DNA of 31,546 nucleotides from an uncultured virus (IMG/VR IMGVR_UViG_2690315711_000004) (IMGVR_UViG_2690315711_000004); one strand, 5' to 3'. Positions 1 to 8,550 are shown, numbered from the stretch's first letter. The notes: generated by a model not told the origin, from the letters alone. A program made the numbers and translations.

Positions 1-300
1 GAACAATACGGTCGGTATGTTTTTTTATTAAAGGCAGCCACATCAGAAACATGGTGGCCAGAAGAAGCGGATCACGTTTGTTTTATCCGAGGACGTATTG
101 GCTTTGACGTTCCTGAGTGGTTTGTTCCTGCAGATGAAAAGCAGAAACCAACGGGCGCATTCTTTGCTGGGGCAATAGTTGTTTTCGATAAAACATGGAC
201 GGGTAAAAAATTCGATTACATTCATCGTGATGAATTAGAGCAAATTGGCAAAGCATTTATTGAGCAAATGAAGTGGCTGGCGTCGAGAGGTGTTGCATGA
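1..300 (+). CDS. Phage DNA N6-adenine methyltransferase (Dam-like), 3' part only
   Basis: Frame 1 is open from base 1: ...YVFLLKAATSETWWPEEADHVCFIRGRIGFDVPEWF...GAFFAGAIVVFDKTW..., stop TGA 298-300; matches remembered phage adenine MTase C-terminal motifs. Confidence 0.8.
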   Translation, partial: EQYGRYVFLLKAATSETWWPEEADHVCFIRGRIGFDVPEWFVPADEKQKPTGAFFAGAIVVFDKTWTGKKFDYIHRDELEQIGKAFIEQMKWLASRGVA

Positions 301-692
301 AAACGACAGAGCAAATACTGAACCAATATAAAGAGGGTGACAAGATTGATCGCCATATTGTGAGTCGTGATTTAGGCATTGCTCTATCTAGCTCATCGAG
401 AGCATTGTCATACCTGAATGGGTTAGGTGCATTAGTACGAGTAGGCAATGAAGATCGCCCTGTACGTTACATTGTGACCAATGAGGCGGAGCACATTTAC
501 CAAGCGATAATTGAAGAGCGCAAACTAGGTGAATCGGCCTACTTGCAAAAACTGAAAACACAAAAGGCCAAAAAGCGCGCATTACCCACAATCAAATGGG
601 TAAAACATGCCACCTCTAATTTTGATCTCATGGGTAAATTGCCAACAGAGCCTTATGACTCATTAGTCAGAGCAGTAAGAGGTAATCACTAA
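297..692 (+). CDS. Phage protein with probable winged-helix DNA-binding N-terminus
   Basis: ATG overlaps the upstream stop (ATGA); VSRDLGIALSSSSRALSYLNGLGALVR is HTH-like. Confidence 0.6.
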   Translation: MKTTEQILNQYKEGDKIDRHIVSRDLGIALSSSSRALSYLNGLGALVRVGNEDRPVRYIVTNEAEHIYQAIIEERKLGESAYLQKLKTQKAKKRALPTIKWVKHATSNFDLMGKLPTEPYDSLVRAVRGNH

Positions 693-772
693 TGCTAACT
701 AAATATATTCTGTTCGTTGGGTTTTGGTTTGTAGTGACATTGCTAATTGGAGTGTGGGGGACTTATGCCTGA
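692..772 (+). CDS. 26-aa single-transmembrane peptide
   Basis: MLTKYILFVGFWFVVTLLIGVWGTYA; TAATG coupling to the upstream stop, SD-like GAGG upstream, overlaps the rusA start. Confidence 0.5.
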   Translation: MLTKYILFVGFWFVVTLLIGVWGTYA

Positions 773-1148
773 ACTTATGCTCATATTGCCTTTTCCACCT
801 AGCGTTAACTCGTATTGGAGAAATATTAAGGGCCGAACGCTGATCAGTGAAAAAGGGCGTAAGTTTCGAATTAACACGATCGCCTCTGTCTATGAGCAAC
901 TAAAACGAAAACCTAAAGCTATTAAAGAAAATGTCTCTGTCCTAGTTCGTTTATACCCACCAACAAAACAGCGCAGGGATATTGATAACTTTTTAAAGGC
1001 CCCATTTGATGCATTAACACATGCGGGTATTTGGGAAGATGATCAGCAGGTAAAGCATATGGATGTGATGTTAATGGAAGTCGTAAAGGGTGGAAAGTTA
1101 GAAATCACTATCCGCTCATTTAATAACGTGATGTACGGTCACGAATAA
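765..1148 (+). CDS. rusA: RusA-family Holliday junction resolvase
   Basis: LPFPPSVNSYWR start, RRDIDNFLKAPFDAL and EDDQQV catalytic Asp motifs. Confidence 0.92.
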   Translation: MPELMLILPFPPSVNSYWRNIKGRTLISEKGRKFRINTIASVYEQLKRKPKAIKENVSVLVRLYPPTKQRRDIDNFLKAPFDALTHAGIWEDDQQVKHMDVMLMEVVKGGKLEITIRSFNNVMYGHE

Positions 1149-1166
1149 AACGTGGAGAGAAATAGC

Positions 1167-1970
1167 ATGAATGGATTAATTGTTATTGATGGTTTTCAGG
1201 TTCGTAGAGATGTAGCCGGTCGCTATTGTTTAAATGATTTACATCGAGTGTCAGGTGGTGAAAAACGACACCAACCATCGAACTGGAGTTCATTGGCTCA
1301 AACGAAAGAGTTAATTGATGAAATTTCTACCGCTCCTGAGATCACAGGAGCGCCTATTGCCACTGTCGCTGGTGGATATAACCAAGGGACGTATGTTTGC
1401 AAAGAATTAGTGTATGCCTATGCAATGTGGATTAGTGCTTCTTTTCATTTGAAAGTGATCCGCACCTTTGATGCTTTAGTGACACAACAGCACCAGGAGA
1501 AACTCAGTGATAAGGTTCAAGCGGGTGTGATACTACTGGAATCGATGTCTAAAAGTTTAAATTTTTCGAATTCATCAAAATTAGGGGCTTATCAAAAGTT
1601 ACAAGCCATGGCAGGATTACCTGAATTAGCCCCTGTGTATGCGATTGATGCACCAAGTGGATCTATGGATGGCTCCAGTCGTCCAACAGTTGCATTATCA
1701 ACACTGATCAACAAACACAACCTACCTATTTCAGCACAGCAAGCCTATAAGCGATTAGCCGAACTCGGAATTGTTGAGCGTTTATCACGTCCAAGTACGA
1801 AAACTGCCAGCAAAGTAAAAGAGTTCTGGTCAGTGACTGCACGAGGTTGTCAGTTTGGGAAGAATATGACGAGCCCTAATAATCCTCGTGAAACCCAACC
1901 GCATTTCTTTGAGAGTAAAACGGATGAGTTGATCCGTATGGTGATGTTGAATAAACAGGTGAGCGCATGA
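1167..1970 (+). CDS. KilA-N domain protein (antirepressor/Roi-like)
   Basis: GRYCLNDLH, GTYVCKELVYAYAMWISASFHLKVIRTFD are KilA-N motifs; ATG 1167 follows GGAG. Confidence 0.88.
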   Translation: MNGLIVIDGFQVRRDVAGRYCLNDLHRVSGGEKRHQPSNWSSLAQTKELIDEISTAPEITGAPIATVAGGYNQGTYVCKELVYAYAMWISASFHLKVIRTFDALVTQQHQEKLSDKVQAGVILLESMSKSLNFSNSSKLGAYQKLQAMAGLPELAPVYAIDAPSGSMDGSSRPTVALSTLINKHNLPISAQQAYKRLAELGIVERLSRPSTKTASKVKEFWSVTARGCQFGKNMTSPNNPRETQPHFFESKTDELIRMVMLNKQVSA

Positions 1971-2992
1971 AGTTACTGTTAACGCCGTATATTCAAAAAG
2001 AATTGGGGGTTGTGTTATTGAAACCTGGAGCTGAGTTGCTTGAGCAATTTAGAAACCATCAGCGTGTGATCATCAGTGATGTACCACAGAGTTTAGATGT
2101 GTTGCCCTCAGGCGCATTAACCGGTGATGAACAGCCTATTTTAAACAATAAGTACATTGTTCAATTTCTCAATAACAAAAAGGTGATCCACACCATAGAT
2201 AAAGTGGCACCAATGGATACGTGGGTCGCTCATCATATTCATTGTTGTCAGATTAATAACGATGCAGATAACTATCATCATCATGAATTGGTGACCACAT
2301 TTCATGAAGCGGGTGTGATCCGCACTTGTTGGTATCACGATAATCATATTCGAAACTCATCAGCAGGGTGGGTTGCTGAGCTGGCTCATAAAAATCGTAT
2401 TGATTGGATGTTAGATACTATTCGTTTTCGTTTGAGATTAGATTGTGGCCACCAGCTGACGATACCTGATTTTTTCACCTTTGCTGTTATGCATAACGTT
2501 ATCGATGAATTACCTGATGCCATATTGCGGAGAGTGTTGGACTGGCCTAATAAACCCAAAGAACGCAGAGTACACGGCGGATTTCCTGAGGCTGATATTG
2601 TTCCAAATGAAATATCAGCATTATCTGCAATGAGCGGGCGTTTAGAGGCGATAAAGCCGGTTATTAAAGTTGCTGTCGATCCGGAGCCACCAGCCTCATT
2701 TCTGCTGAAACCTAAAATGCAACGTTGGGAAAATACCCAATGGTTGCAATGGGTAAAAACTCAACCGTGTTGCGTGTGTGGGCAACAGGCTGATGATCCG
2801 CATCACATCATAGGTCATGGTATGGGAGGCATGGGAACGAAAGCTCACGACTTATTCACTATTCCATTGTGTCGCATTCATCATGACGAGTTACATCGAG
2901 ATCCCAAACAATGGGAAGTCACTCACGGCAATCAACTCGAATTGTTATTTCATTTTTTAAACCGTTCATTAAGCATCGGTGCATTTATTTAA
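1967..2992 (+). CDS. DUF968 family protein (YdfU-like, C-terminal HNH-like Zn motif)
   Basis: WVKTQPCCVCGQQADDPHHIIGHGMGGMGTKAHDLFTIPLCRIHHDELH. Confidence 0.88.
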   Translation: MKLLLTPYIQKELGVVLLKPGAELLEQFRNHQRVIISDVPQSLDVLPSGALTGDEQPILNNKYIVQFLNNKKVIHTIDKVAPMDTWVAHHIHCCQINNDADNYHHHELVTTFHEAGVIRTCWYHDNHIRNSSAGWVAELAHKNRIDWMLDTIRFRLRLDCGHQLTIPDFFTFAVMHNVIDELPDAILRRVLDWPNKPKERRVHGGFPEADIVPNEISALSAMSGRLEAIKPVIKVAVDPEPPASFLLKPKMQRWENTQWLQWVKTQPCCVCGQQADDPHHIIGHGMGGMGTKAHDLFTIPLCRIHHDELHRDPKQWEVTHGNQLELLFHFLNRSLSIGAFI

Positions 2993-3019
2993 CGTGTGTA
3001 CGGCACGAGTGGAGGAAAT

Positions 3020-3700
3020 ATGCCAATTTATGCGCATGACTTGAAATATTTAAGTGATATGGCATCGATAGCTACATCAAACTTAAGGGCTTCAACAAAA
3101 GGTCAGTTAGAAGCATTTGAAGATTTTGGGTTAACAGACACGAGAGCAACACCAAGAGTTAGAATACGAGATTTAAAATTAAATGGTCGTTTTGTTTGTC
3201 GTGATACCGATCCAATCTATGTATTAGAAACTCGCTGTCGTCGAACACCAAAGCCGATGATAGAGCCTGTGGATTTTTTATTATGCTCATGGCGTAGGGC
3301 TATCAATGCATTAAGTGAAGAGCAACACTCATGGATAATGTATTGTTATGGATATAGCTTGAAATTTGAGCATCAAGTTAATATCAGTGTTCATGTGTGG
3401 TCTGAATTTGAAAAACAGCATAAAGGTAAAAAGATAACTAAAAAAGTTAAAGAACGACTAAGATCATTAGTCTGGTTATCGGTTCAGGCTTACACTAGGC
3501 GTAATTATTCACAAACAGAGCTGGCTCGCTTGGTGGGTGTTAAGCGTGATAATTGGAGTAAAAACTATCAAGTATATTGGGATTATCTACTTTATGTGTG
3601 TTATGAATTAGATAAATTGGCATTACTTTCAATGAGGCGAGTTAGAATCGAGTTGATCAATAAAAATAATAACGACAACTTGCAAAAGTCAACAAAATAG
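3020..3700 (+). CDS. Q: Late antitermination protein Q (phage 82-like family)
   Basis: Lies between DUF968 and pR'/tR'; CSWRRAINAL, WIMYCYG, C-terminal HTH SQTELARLVGVKRDNWSKNY; GGAGG SD before ATG 3020. Confidence 0.85.
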   Translation: MPIYAHDLKYLSDMASIATSNLRASTKGQLEAFEDFGLTDTRATPRVRIRDLKLNGRFVCRDTDPIYVLETRCRRTPKPMIEPVDFLLCSWRRAINALSEEQHSWIMYCYGYSLKFEHQVNISVHVWSEFEKQHKGKKITKKVKERLRSLVWLSVQAYTRRNYSQTELARLVGVKRDNWSKNYQVYWDYLLYVCYELDKLALLSMRRVRIELINKNNNDNLQKSTK

Positions 3701-3728
3701 GCGATATTTAAGTCTAATTTGGTATGTT
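3680..3728 (+). promoter_or_regulatory. Late promoter pR' with probable sigma-dependent pause element
   Basis: TTGCAA (3680-3685) + 17 bp + GATATT overlapping the end of Q; second -10-like TATGTT at 3723-3728; terminator follows. Confidence 0.6.
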
Positions 3729-3743
3729 GCCAAAATTGTTTAT

Positions 3744-3770
3744 AACCTCGCCTTTGCGGGGTTTTTTATT
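3744..3770 (+). terminator. tR' intrinsic terminator
   Basis: AACCTCGC-CTTT-GCGGGGTT hairpin followed by a T-run. Confidence 0.8.
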
Positions 3771-3858
3771 GGCAATTAGTAGATAAGACTTGCTGTTCTC
3801 TTTGGTCAGAGTTACATGTGTAGTTATGCACAATAACTAACCAAAGGTATAAAATATC

Positions 3859-4053
3859 ATGTTAAAACAGTGTGATATGACAACGCAGGCAAGTTGTGTA
3901 CTTGAAACCATCTCAAAAAGTGATTGGCAAACAGTACAAGCAATTTCAAATCAAACTGGGCTAAGTAATGAAAATTGTGAGTTTCTATTAACTCAGTTTG
4001 AAATAGCAGGGTTTGTCGCAAAGCAAGGAAATAGCTATATGCGTACAGCCTAA
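3859..4053 (+). CDS. Small winged-helix protein (64 aa)
   Basis: WQTVQAISNQTGLSNENCEFLLTQFEIAGFV is wHTH-like; similar ORFs precede the MTase in lambdoid late regions. Confidence 0.65.
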   Translation: MLKQCDMTTQASCVLETISKSDWQTVQAISNQTGLSNENCEFLLTQFEIAGFVAKQGNSYMRTA

Positions 4054-4070
4054 AAATAGGAAGAATTTAT

Positions 4071-4106
4071 AAAGCTGGTGGCTTAGCGGTCATCGGCTTT
4101 TTTATT
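4071..4106 (+). terminator. Putative intrinsic terminator
   Basis: AAAGCTGGTGGC...GTCATCGGCTTT stem (with G-U pairs) followed by a T-run. Confidence 0.5.
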
Positions 4107-4125
4107 GCGTAGAAAAGGACTTTTG

Positions 4126-5148
4126 ATGCAACTATTTAATGACGACGCGCTATCTGTATTGAAAACACTACCCGAAAATAGCATTGATTTAATTGCGACT
4201 GATCCACCGTATTTCAGAGTGAAATCGTGTGCATGGGATAATCAGTGGGATAGTGTTGAGGCATATCTGTCTTGGCTTGATGAAGTATTAGCTGAATTCT
4301 GGCGGGTATTAAAACCCAATGGCAGTTTGTATTTATTCTGTGGCTCTAAATTGGCATCAGATACTGAACTGCTTGTTCGCGGGCGATTTAATGTATTAAG
4401 TCATATCATCTGGGCTAAACCATCTGGGCCATGGAAAAAACAAAATAAGGAAAGCCTGCGCACCTTTTTTCCTTCAACAGAACGAATACTTTTTGCTGAA
4501 CATTATCAAAAACCAGTCGCAGCTAAAGGTTCTGAATTTTCGTTAAAATGTAAAGAGCTAAAGCAAAATGTATTTAAGCCATTGATTGATTATTTTAGAA
4601 ATGCTCGTTTAGCACTGCAGGTGAGTGCAAAAGAAATAGACCAAGCAACAGGTAAGCAAATGTGCAGTCATTGGTTCAGCAATAGTCAGTGGCAATTACC
4701 TAGCGAGGAAGACTATAAAAAGTTACAAACACTGTTTGCACACATTGCTGATAAACACGAAAAACTATCACCGTTATCCCGCCAGTTTACCGAGTTAGAG
4801 CGTGAGCAGGTTACATTACAAAAAGACTACCAAGAATTAATAAAAGAATATGGGTTACTAAGGCGACCATTCTTTGTAACTGCAGATGTGCCTTACACCG
4901 ATGTGTGGGATTATCCACCTGTTCAGTATTATCCCGGTAAACACCCTTGTGAGAAACCATCGGCCATGATGGAACACATTATTCGCTCAAGTAGTCGCGA
5001 AGGGGATCTGGTTGCTGATTTTTTTATGGGGTCAGGTGCAACACTGAAAGCAGCACTAAAACTTAATCGAGAGGTTTTAGGTGTGGAGCTTGAGAGAGAG
5101 CGGTTTGAACAAACCGAACAAGAAATAAAAGCGCTAACTTGTAAGTAA
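4126..5148 (+). CDS. Site-specific DNA methyltransferase (N4-C/N6-A, beta class), orphan
   Basis: Catalytic DPPY near the N-terminus, HPCEKP, and SAM-binding DFFMGSG near the C-terminus. Confidence 0.92.
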   Translation: MQLFNDDALSVLKTLPENSIDLIATDPPYFRVKSCAWDNQWDSVEAYLSWLDEVLAEFWRVLKPNGSLYLFCGSKLASDTELLVRGRFNVLSHIIWAKPSGPWKKQNKESLRTFFPSTERILFAEHYQKPVAAKGSEFSLKCKELKQNVFKPLIDYFRNARLALQVSAKEIDQATGKQMCSHWFSNSQWQLPSEEDYKKLQTLFAHIADKHEKLSPLSRQFTELEREQVTLQKDYQELIKEYGLLRRPFFVTADVPYTDVWDYPPVQYYPGKHPCEKPSAMMEHIIRSSSREGDLVADFFMGSGATLKAALKLNREVLGVELERERFEQTEQEIKALTCK

Positions 5149-5392
5149 TTCTTACAGGTTCAACTCTCCGGAATTTCCGGATAGTTCACATGTTCGGTTA
5201 TTCCGAACAACTCATTCAGAAGATCGCTTAGGCTGTCTTTTTTCGTATATACGTCAAGCTAACTTAACGCATAGTGATTCAACTTAGCGCATTAGCTTCA
5301 CGCATAACAAATATGTCGACCACAGAATCAATCACAACACCTCACGTTCACACAAGAGCTGTGAGTCGGCGATCTATTTAAGAGAGGTCGTT

Positions 5393-5704
5393 ATGAGCAA
5401 TCAAAAAAATATATTAATGATGGATGGTCATGTGGTAATGAAAGATAGTGACAGTAATGTAATAGCTAAATTCGCGACGCTTAAATCTGAATTACTATCA
5501 TCTACACCATCAATAGAAGATTTAGTGAAAAGAATTGAGTCACTGGAAAAACAGCTCGCTGATATGCAAAAGGCAACGAGCTGTGAGTTAGATAGCGCCA
5601 TTCAAAATGTCTTATTACAAGGTGTAGAAAATGGTGCAAAAAAAGCAAAGGAACTTATTAAAAATCAAGGTTTTTATCAAAAACCAAAGCAGGCTTCAAG
5701 ATAG
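5393..5704 (+). CDS. Hypothetical coiled-coil phage protein
   Basis: GAGG SD; IEDLVKRIESLEKQLADMQK heptad pattern. Confidence 0.6.
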   Translation: MSNQKNILMMDGHVVMKDSDSNVIAKFATLKSELLSSTPSIEDLVKRIESLEKQLADMQKATSCELDSAIQNVLLQGVENGAKKAKELIKNQGFYQKPKQASR

Positions 5705-5915
5705 ATGAATAGGCTTTTGAAAGCTTATCCGCTCCCTCTCTCAATTGTTCACCTGTTAAGTTTGGATTGTTCTCAAGCATTAGGGCTTTGAAGTTTTGAT
5801 TTTTTATACACTCAATAGTGGTGTTTGCGATCTGCCTTTTTTCTTCGGGAAGCAGATGCAGTAGTAACGCAACAATTTGTTGTAGAGCTAAAATTTCAGC
5901 AGTTTTGTCGTCCAT
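5658..5915 (-). CDS. Hypothetical moron protein (antisense to the late operon)
   Basis: ATG at 5915 with GGAG SD 6 nt upstream; EILALQQIVALLLHLLP helix; 3' end overlaps the 5393 ORF. Confidence 0.65.
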   Translation of the reverse strand: MDDKTAEILALQQIVALLLHLLPEEKRQIANTTIECIKNQNFKALMLENNPNLTGEQLREGADKLSKAYSSILKPALVFDKNLDF

Positions 5916-6053
5916 TCCATTCTCCACCGAAGTAAATCAGCCATTCCTTCGGTTAATTACATTGGGCTGACCTATTAGTTTAACTTAAGATTCATATTTT
6001 CACGTTTAACTCACTCACATTAATCATCAACGGACACTCCGTAGGGGGTGTAT

Positions 6054-6323
6054 ATGCGCATGGACAAATTAACCAATGCTACCTACGGAACAGCTGGCTT
6101 GACTGCCTTTTTTGCAAGTCTCTCATTGTATGAATGGGGCTTTGTAATAGGGATGGGATTTAGCATGCTTCTTGGATTAGCAACTTATCTGATGACACGG
6201 CGAGAACAGCGGAAACGAACAGCATTATTTGCTGAATTGGTTCATCGAAATTGTTCTAGTGATCCGCGAGAAATCGAAAAAATAGTCGGTGAGATGCTGA
6301 CTAAAGCTAAAAAGGACATCTAA
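6054..6323 (+). CDS. Holin (HP1-like/pinholin-type) with dual start Met-Arg-Met
   Basis: Two hydrophobic segments, basic C-terminus, directly upstream of the endolysin; ATG 6054 and ATG 6060. Confidence 0.85.
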   Translation: MRMDKLTNATYGTAGLTAFFASLSLYEWGFVIGMGFSMLLGLATYLMTRREQRKRTALFAELVHRNCSSDPREIEKIVGEMLTKAKKDI

Positions 6324-6793
6324 TGAACCTAAAACAAAAAGTGACAGCTGTTGCGAGTGCTGGTGCGGTAAGTATTGCACTAACAGTGATTGGTTATTTT
6401 GAGGGTGTGCGTTATGAACCTTACCGCGATGTTGCTGGAGTTCTGACGGTTTGTTATGGGCATACAGGCAAAGACATTATTCAAGGTAAGACATACACAC
6501 AACAAGAGTGTGACGAATTACTACAGAAAGACTTTATCAGAACGCAACAGCAAGTTGATGTCCTGGTTAAAGTGCCGGTCGATGATAAAACAAAAGCTTC
6601 TCTATATTCCTTTGCCTTTAATGTCGGTACCACAGCTTTTGCACGTTCTACATTGCTTAAAAAATTAAATGCAGGTGATCAGAATGGCGCTTGTGAAGAA
6701 ATGAAACGCTGGGTTTATGCGGGTGGAAAGGTGTGGCGAGGGTTGGTCAGTCGTAGAGAGGCGGAGTCAGCGTTATGCAATGGAAGTCTTTAA
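6323..6793 (+). CDS. SAR endolysin (T4 lysozyme-like, GH24)
   Basis: Weakly hydrophobic N-terminal SAR segment; E-x8-D-x5-T triad in EGVRYEPYRDVAGVLT; GLVSRREAE. Confidence 0.93.
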   Translation: MNLKQKVTAVASAGAVSIALTVIGYFEGVRYEPYRDVAGVLTVCYGHTGKDIIQGKTYTQQECDELLQKDFIRTQQQVDVLVKVPVDDKTKASLYSFAFNVGTTAFARSTLLKKLNAGDQNGACEEMKRWVYAGGKVWRGLVSRREAESALCNGSL

Positions 6794-6933
6794 TCATCAT
6801 CGTCGGTTTTATTCTTACATTACTCATCTCGGTCGCTAGTGGCATTTATCTCTCAATTGATAATTCATGTATTAACGATAAAGCAAGCTTAGACAAACGC
6901 TGTCAGATTGCTCTCTCACATCATCGGTACTAA
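6775..6933 (+). CDS. 52-aa membrane-anchored protein within the lysis cassette
   Basis: MQWKSLIIIVGFILTLLISVASGIYLSIDNSCINDKASLDKRCQIALSHHRY; GGAG SD; fills the gap between endolysin and Rz. Confidence 0.6.
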   Translation: MQWKSLIIIVGFILTLLISVASGIYLSIDNSCINDKASLDKRCQIALSHHRY

Positions 6934-6935
6934 TT

Positions 6936-7400
6936 ATGAAACACTGGAAACTTTACATTGTCGTTGTGATGGTGGGGATTGTTGCTGGTGGTTATGCGCT
7001 GATTAATGCACAAGCGAAAAGAATTAACACACTGACAGAAAACAACAAAGAACTGACTACCGCACTCGAAGAGCAGAAGGATATCAATATTGACTATCAA
7101 GCACGCATAGAGCGACTAAATCAACTTGATACAAGGCACACACAGGAGCTTGTTAATGCAAAGAATGAAATTAGTCGCTTGCGTGATATTAGTGAGCGTA
7201 ATCCTGAACGGGTGTACATCAAAGCCGAGTGTCCAAAAAGCACCACCACTTCCACCGCCAGCATGGATGATGCAACCACCGCCCGACCTACTGACACCGC
7301 TATCCGAAATTATTGGTTACTCAGAGAGCGAATTGCAGAATCAGAGCAAATAATTAAAGGACTACAGAATTACATCGATACTCAATGCAATATTTATTAA
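6936..7400 (+). CDS. Rz: Inner-membrane spanin Rz
   Basis: N-terminal TM, coiled coil, IRNYWLLRERI...GLQNYIDTQC lambda Rz-type C-terminus. Confidence 0.92.
   Translation: MKHWKLYIVVVMVGIVAGGYALINAQAKRINTLTENNKELTTALEEQKDINIDYQARIERLNQLDTRHTQELVNAKNEISRLRDISERNPERVYIKAECPKSTTTSTASMDDATTARPTDTAIRNYWLLRERIAESEQIIKGLQNYIDTQCNIY
7156..7353 (+). CDS. Rz1: Outer-membrane lipoprotein spanin Rz1, embedded in Rz (+1 frame)
   Basis: Signal peptide with lipobox ILNG-C, Pro-rich PPLPPPAWMMQPPPDLLTPL; GGAG SD. Confidence 0.88.
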   Translation: MQRMKLVACVILVSVILNGCTSKPSVQKAPPLPPPAWMMQPPPDLLTPLSEIIGYSESELQNQSK

Positions 7401-7408
7401 TCAGTTAA

Positions 7409-7903
7409 CTACTTATTTAGCTTAATTTCATCAGCTAATTGTATTGCTTTATTAGCTAGGTTAAGTAATTCTTTCAGTGTGTCATAGCTGTGACCATTGG
7501 CGCTACAAAAGGATTCTGGCTTAAAATCTTGCACTATGGCTTGTAGTATTTGGTGAAAAATAACTAAATTTTTAGCAGTAGTTGGTTTTAATAAACCTAC
7601 GTATGCAATATTCGCATCATAAAAGCGAGCATAGTTATCAGGAATCAGGATGTTGAATGATATCGATTGATCTTTGGGAAGTGTTTGTAGTGTACTTTCT
7701 AGATCTGTGATATATCCCCTTATATTAATTATCTCAACTAATGATTCGACTTCAGCAATAAATCCTGCTGTATATATTTCAACATTTCTCCTATGTCTTC
7801 TTCTTTCCATGTATAAGCCACTACAGGCAGTAATTCCTGCACCAATAAGAGAACCAATTAGAGCTGTAACTGCGGGGAAAATAGTAGGGTTGAAAATATT
7901 CAT
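7409..7903 (-). CDS. Moron: N-terminally membrane-anchored hypothetical protein
   Basis: 164-aa AT-rich ORF antisense to the late operon; TM AVTALIGSLIGAGITAC followed by basic RRRHRR. Confidence 0.8.
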   Translation of the reverse strand: MNIFNPTIFPAVTALIGSLIGAGITACSGLYMERRRHRRNVEIYTAGFIAEVESLVEIINIRGYITDLESTLQTLPKDQSISFNILIPDNYARFYDANIAYVGLLKPTTAKNLVIFHQILQAIVQDFKPESFCSANGHSYDTLKELLNLANKAIQLADEIKLNK

Positions 7904-7989
7904 AATAAAAAATCCTTATATTTTGATAGTTACTAATAATAACCTGAACTCATGTTAATAATAGATATAGATTTTTTTAAGGAGATCAC

Positions 7990-8340
7990 ATGCCACCTCG
8001 CATACCTCGCGCATGTCGTAAACAGGGATGCGCCAAGACAACAACAGAACGTAACGGCTACTGTGCAGATCATCAAAACCTAGGATGGGAAGCCCACCAG
8101 CGCGGTAAGTCTCGTCATCAACGTGGTTATGGTGCCAAGTGGGATAAACTGCGAGTACGTATACTCAAGCGTGATAAGTATCTCTGTCAAGAGTGCCTGA
8201 GGTCAGGACGAGCCACCGAAGCGAAAACGGTTGACCATATCATTGCTAAAGCACATGGGGGTACCGATGCAGAAGAGAACCTGCAGTCGTTATGTATTCC
8301 ATGTCATAGAACTAAGACTGCAAAGGAGAGAACGCTATGA
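7990..8340 (+). CDS. HNH endonuclease (HK97 gp74-like terminase cofactor)
   Basis: RGYGAKWDKLR, CQEC, VDHIIAKAHGGTDAEENLQSLCIPCHRTKT; next to cos/terminase. Confidence 0.92.
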   Translation: MPPRIPRACRKQGCAKTTTERNGYCADHQNLGWEAHQRGKSRHQRGYGAKWDKLRVRILKRDKYLCQECLRSGRATEAKTVDHIIAKAHGGTDAEENLQSLCIPCHRTKTAKERTL

Positions 8341-8534
8341 CGCAAGATGAACAAACCTTACTTATGTTTAAAGGAATAGTTGCTGAACTACCAGAACAAA
8401 GCAGAGCTAAGGTTGAACATTGTATTGCTGAAATAAACAAGTTGCTTGCGGAATATCCTGGTGGTGAAGCATTGCTTGCTGTGGGCTATATCGGTGCCGA
8501 ACAGCAGATGAAAGGTAATATTGGTCAAGGATAA
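8337..8534 (+). CDS. Hypothetical protein (65 aa)
   Basis: ATGA overlap with the HNH stop; GGAG SD. Confidence 0.65.
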   Translation: MTQDEQTLLMFKGIVAELPEQSRAKVEHCIAEINKLLAEYPGGEALLAVGYIGAEQQMKGNIGQG

Positions 8535-8550
8535 CAGTACCATTCCTCAT

